Positions 59,801-64,000 of a DNA stretch of 64,000 bases are shown here, one piece after another (within the stretch, counting starts at the first letter, position 1; each line of letters opens with the position of its first letter). The position numbers and the translations under genes were made by a program. Source of the DNA: Emiliania huxleyi CCMP1516 (lineage: Eukaryota); the NCBI RefSeq assembly GCF_000372725.1, contig NW_005201338.1, positions 104,041 through 168,040 of the forward strand. The letters are read 5' to 3'. The notes under the pieces are model-generated. The model searched no databases. It had not been told where the DNA came from and saw nothing but the letters and a program-made list of their open reading frames with translations.

Positions 59801-60917
59801 GCGTGCGTGGTCCCGCCTTTGCCTCTTGCCGTATCCTGTAGCCAACCACCTCGCCGACGGCCTCGCACCGCTCCGCAGCGACGCGCGCCGCGAGCGAGAC
59901 GGCGGCGACGCGGCGAGGCTGCAGCACGAGCAGCGAGCAGGCGGCGCCGCTCCCCGCCGCCACGGCCTCCTCGAGCAGGAACTGGGGCACCTGCGTCGAC
60001 TTGCCGCAGCCCGTCTCGCCGCAGACGAGGACCGTCTGGTGGGAGGAAACCGCCTCGAGCACGCGAGAGCGCCACTGCCACATCGGCAGCGACCGGCGAG
60101 ACTCGCGCATCTTGGCCGCCTCGCCGCCTCCGCTCTCAAGCTGCGACTGCTGCCGCAGCAGCGCTTCACTCTCCTCGCGCTCGCGCTGCGACGGCACGCG
60201 GTTCGCCGCCTTGCCAGGAGGGCCCTTGCCGCGAGGCTGCGCCTCTCGCTCCAGGCCCTGCGGCGGAGGCTTGCGAGGCTCCGGCGGCTGCTGCGGCGGC
60301 GCCGCCAGGCCAGCCTCCGCCGCGTCGGCATCCCACTCGCGGCGCGTGTAGCCGAGGAGGGCGGCGGCGTCGCGCTGGGCAGGAGAGAGGTTGGCCCACG
60401 TCGCTCGCACCTCCCCAGAGTCCCAAGACGCGCTGTCCGTGTACCCGAGCGCCTCGGCCGCCCTCCGCTCCTCCGCGCTGAAATCTCCCCAAGCCTTGTC
60501 CTTGCCGCTGGCGGCGGCGGCCGCGGCCGTCTCGCGCAGCAGCGCGTGGATCGGATCTCCGGAGGGCACGGCGCCCACGATCGCCGAGCGGGACGTGCCA
60601 CTCTCGGCCTGCTCGCTGCCGCCGCCCGCAGACATCGCCTCTCGCAGCCGCGCAGCGACGGCGTCGCCCACGCCGACCCGCTCGACATCTGGGCCGGCGT
60701 TCCCGCCCTCGATCCGATATCCGTTCCTCCACGGCCCGTGGTTGAGCGGGCGGCCGAGCTTGTCAAACCGCTGAGGCTCTCGCTTGGCCTTCATCTGCGC
60801 ATCGTGACCGCCGGAGCGGCCGTGGCCCGTCTTGCCGCTCTTGACGCCCTTGTTTTGGCCCTCCTGCCAGCCGCCGCCGCCGTGACGGCGGCCGCCGCCG
60901 CCGTTGCAGCGGCCCAT
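56884..60917 (-). CDS. DEAH-box RNA helicase (DHX36/DHX57/DHX29-like)
   Basis: Motifs GETGCGKSTQ, QPRRVAA, DEAHER, MSAS, ATNIAETSIT and QRRGRAGR, plus HA2 (LPLDVRIGK, SDHLTLL) and an OB fold. Introns 59456-59531 and 58045-58321 (GC). Confidence 0.93.
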
Positions 60918-61201
60918 GAATTGGCACGCAGCCACGCACGGGGGAGGGAGCACCAGCTATGAGCGCGAGGAACGTAGCACGGCGAGGCGCGGCTACTCTA
61001 AAAGAAATCGAAAGAATCCGCGGGTCCCAGGGAGGCCAACTCCTTGAGGTCTCTTCGCGGATCGAATTCTCTTCCCAGGCAGGACGACGCCCCAGCAGTC
61101 AGTGGCCCAAAACTGGCGCGTGTCCGCCCCCCGTATCCACGCCACCGTGCCCAGCTCGCGCTGCGGGTCCCTGGTGGCCGCAAACGTTTGTAGGACCACA
61201 A

Positions 61202-63122
61202 ATGACCGACACGCCGGAACGCCAGCCGCGCGACGCTGCCGGGGGCTCCCCCGCCGCCGACAGCGCCTCTAAAGAGGGGTGCTTCACCTTTGGTTCCGAG
61301 CCAGACTCCACTCGCAGCCTGCGGAACGGCCGACGCGACATATATTCGGCCTCGGCGCGGAAGATGGCGGTGCTGTCGAATCCAAAGACGCTCAGCGACG
61401 AGCTCCGCGCAGACCCCGAGTCTGCCGCGGTGTGGGACACCGTGGGTCGCGTCTGGAAGGCGCGCACGCCCACAGACGTGCGAGTGGAGGGCTTTTCGGG
61501 CTGGCGCGTCATTCTCTCGGCCCGGGCAAAAGTTGACCACAATGGCAGCAGGCACCTCGACCTGTACATACACCCTCCGGAGCTGAGCGACCGCGCGAGT
61601 GAGCCGTCGGGGGCACGCGGAGGAGGGCGCCAAGGACAGGGCAAGCACAGCAACAAGGCGATCCGCGCGCTCGGCGCGCTGCACCGCGCTCTCGAGCTGC
61701 GGCTGGAGCACCGGAACCGCGGCTCGAGCTACGTCGACCCGCAGGAGCAGGAGTACATCCAGGTGGCGTCGCCGGAGGGCGCAGAGGCGGGCTGGCAAAT
61801 GGCGGAGGTGGTGGCGGTGCAGCCCTTCGACGGCCGCTTCTGCGTCGAGGTGCTGATCGAGGGCAAGCCGCGGCTGCACCTGACCGCGGCGGGCGAGGGG
61901 AGCGAGTGGCGCCGGCTGGGGGAAGAGTACGAGGGGCCGCGGCGGAGGCCGCGGTGGAGCGAGGAGGGGCACGCCCACCTGACGAGGCGCGTGCTGCGCC
62001 GCTTCCACGGGCGCGCCTTCCTCGGCACCGTGGTCAGGTGGCTGCCGCCCGGCCTGCTCCCTGCGGGCGAAGCGGCGAGGCGCTCCTCGGACAGGGTGGC
62101 GGCGAGTGGCGCGGCGGCGGCGGCGCGGCTGAGCGTGGACGAGGGGGCGGCTCTCTTCCGGGTGTTGCACGACGACGGCGACGTGGAGGAGCTCGAGGAG
62201 TTCGAGGTGGAGGCGGCGCTGGAGGCGTTCGAGCAGAGGGCGGAGGGGGAGGGCGAGGAGGAGGAGGAGGAGGAGGAGGAGGAGGAGGAGGAAGGGGGCC
62301 GCGGCGAGGGGGAGGGGGAGGGGGAGGGGGGAGGGAGGGTGGCGGGCGAGGACGATGGGGAGGAGGGCGGCGAGGAGGGGGAGGAGGGCGATGGCGGCTC
62401 GCGGAAGCGTCCCCGCCCGTGGGGCGAGGAGGAGGACGCGGAGGTGGTGCGGCACGCGACGACCAAGGCGAGGGCGGTGGCGTGGAGCTCGCTCGCCGAG
62501 TCGCTCGGCCGCACCAAGCTCGGCTGCCAGGCGCGGTGGCGCACCACTTCATTATTATTATTACTATTTTATTATTACGATTATTATTACTACTATGATT
62601 ATCGGCTGCCAGGCGCGGTGGCGCACCCTTCATTACTATTATTACTATTACTATTATTACTATTATTATTACTATATTCTCGGCTGCCAGGCGCGGTGGC
62701 GCACCCTTCGCCTCGCGCGCGGGGACGGCGACCTCGCGCTTGGCGAGGCGAGGCTGAGGCAGAGGCAGGCCAGGGCGGCGCAGCAGGCGAGGCGCAACGC
62801 GACGGCGCCGCCCCCTGCACCGGCGGCGGTTGTGGCGGCGCCGCCGCCGGCTGTGGCGGCGCCGCCGCTGCCGCCGCCTACCGCGGGGAGGGGCATGGCG
62901 GCGGTGCTGGCCCTGCTGAGGCGCTTCGGGATCGAGCAGTACGCTGGCGCGTTCGAGGCGACGGGGAACGACGACGTGAGCCTGCTGTACTCGCTGTCCG
63001 ACGCGGAGCTGAAGCAGGTTGCCGAGGAGGTGCAGATGAAGCCCGGCCACCTCAGCAGGTGGTGCGGCTGGATGGCCGAGCTCCGCGCGAAGCGAGCCCC
63101 GGCGCAGAGACTCCTGACGTGA
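61202..63122 (+). CDS. Putative chromatin protein with Tudor-like, Myb/SANT-like and SAM domains
   Basis: RRVLRRFHGRAFLGTV...FRVLHDDGDVEEL, WGEEEDAEV...WSSLAESLGRT...CQARW and FGIEQYAGAF...MKPGH. Removing intron 62531-62690 (GC-AG) joins the two frames. Confidence 0.75.
62520..62709 (+). repeat. 3 x TCGGCTGCCAG|GCGCGGTGGCGCACC separated by (TAT/TAC)n filler
   Basis: Copies at 62520, 62602 and 62680. Confidence 0.95.
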
Positions 63123-63157
63123 AGACAGGCGTCCGGGAAGCTAGACTTAACATGGCA

Positions 63158-63286
63158 ATAAATAAATAAATAAAACGGGCACGCCAAACGAGGGGTGGGA
63201 GAAGGACAGGGGTCCCCACCTGCGCGAGCAGGATCTTGTAAGGACGATCAGGGACACAGGGGAACGGGAGCGGGGACCGCATCGCG
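63158..63286 (-). repeat. Dispersed repeat family B, 5'-truncated copy
   Basis: Near-identical to 43609-43737, with a (TTTA)n tail on the minus strand. Confidence 0.88.
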
Positions 63287-63384
63287 GCTTAGTTTTCTTC
63301 TTTCGCGACTTGGCCTTGGTCGTCGCTGCTCGTGTTTGACTGTCGGCGACGGCTTCTAGGATCCTGACGCGTCGTGCGTTTTGC

Positions 63385-63918
63385 ATGGCAGCCAATCCAG
63401 CGAGAGTGCACGAGATCGACCAGGCCTTATGTCGAGCCGAACAGGTCTTATGTCGAGCCGAACAACATTTTGTGAACAGCAAGGCGTTCGACGCCAAGGC
63501 GCTGTCCCACATTGTGGCCAACCTGCAATCACGCTGCCTCATGACACCAGAACTGGCGAGGTGGTTTCTCGCCGCGCCACAGGCGACACAGTTCGCATGG
63601 CCAGAATCGGTCATGCATTCTTTGGGCACACCGCCGCTGGAGCTGGAAGCTGACGAGGCTCTCGCCTTCTATTCCTCGCTGTGTTCGCCTTCGCCAGCAA
63701 AGCGTAAGGCCCGACCTTTGAGGGAGAACGCCTGGCCAGCGCCAAACGAGCCGACACGCCAGGATTTCATCACGGCGACTAAGCGAGAGCTCGCCACTAC
63801 GGCAAGAGAGGAGGATGTCTGGCAAAAGGCGGTAGACCTGCGGCTGAGCAAGGATGACTTGATCGAAGAGATGGAGCGAGAGCTAGCCGTCATGGCGGAG
63901 AGCCCCGTCGTCGCGTGA
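63385..63918 (+). CDS. Hypothetical 177-aa protein with a 21-bp internal duplication
   Basis: ATG-started ORF containing QALCRAE/QVLCRAE. No family recognised. Confidence 0.35.
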   Translation: MAANPARVHEIDQALCRAEQVLCRAEQHFVNSKAFDAKALSHIVANLQSRCLMTPELARWFLAAPQATQFAWPESVMHSLGTPPLELEADEALAFYSSLCSPSPAKRKARPLRENAWPAPNEPTRQDFITATKRELATTAREEDVWQKAVDLRLSKDDLIEEMERELAVMAESPVVA

Positions 63919-64000
63919 CACACGCGTAAGAAGACGTGTGATGTGGCGCAGAATCTTCTAGTAAGAGACTCGCTCTAGAGTGTGTAGAGACAAGAGAGCG

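Overview
This is a very GC-rich eukaryotic nuclear window with one 100-N gap (885-984). Short introns that often use GC-AG, intronic 11-bp tandem repeats and a (TAACCC)n tract suggest a haptophyte such as Emiliania/Gephyrocapsa huxleyi; that is inference, not a database result. About 20 protein genes are present. They include mitochondrial ATP synthase beta, TMEM43-like, TRM6, PP4 catalytic subunit, an FAD oxidoreductase, a CLASP-N/HEAT protein, cyclophilin, a pheophytinase-like hydrolase, ferredoxin-sulfite reductase, a frameshifted nucleotide-sugar transporter, a lipase-like protein, ARMT1/DUF89, an AMPK-like kinase, a DEAH helicase and two Tudor-like chromatin proteins. Between them lie non-autonomous DNA elements with TIRs (two with 8-bp TSDs, one with TTAA), five dispersed repeat families and a remnant of an RLE-type non-LTR retrotransposon. 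The strongest candidate for an undescribed system is a recurring intron architecture. A 20-30 bp exonic segment spanning an AG|G(T/C) site is duplicated, low-complexity filler (TAT-type, AT-rich, 11-mer or telomeric) separates the copies, and splicing would restore a single copy. The clearest case is an array of five AG|GT cores at an exact 61-bp period, where one spacer is telomeric repeat of identical length. All exon boundaries were placed by eye and need RNA-seq confirmation.
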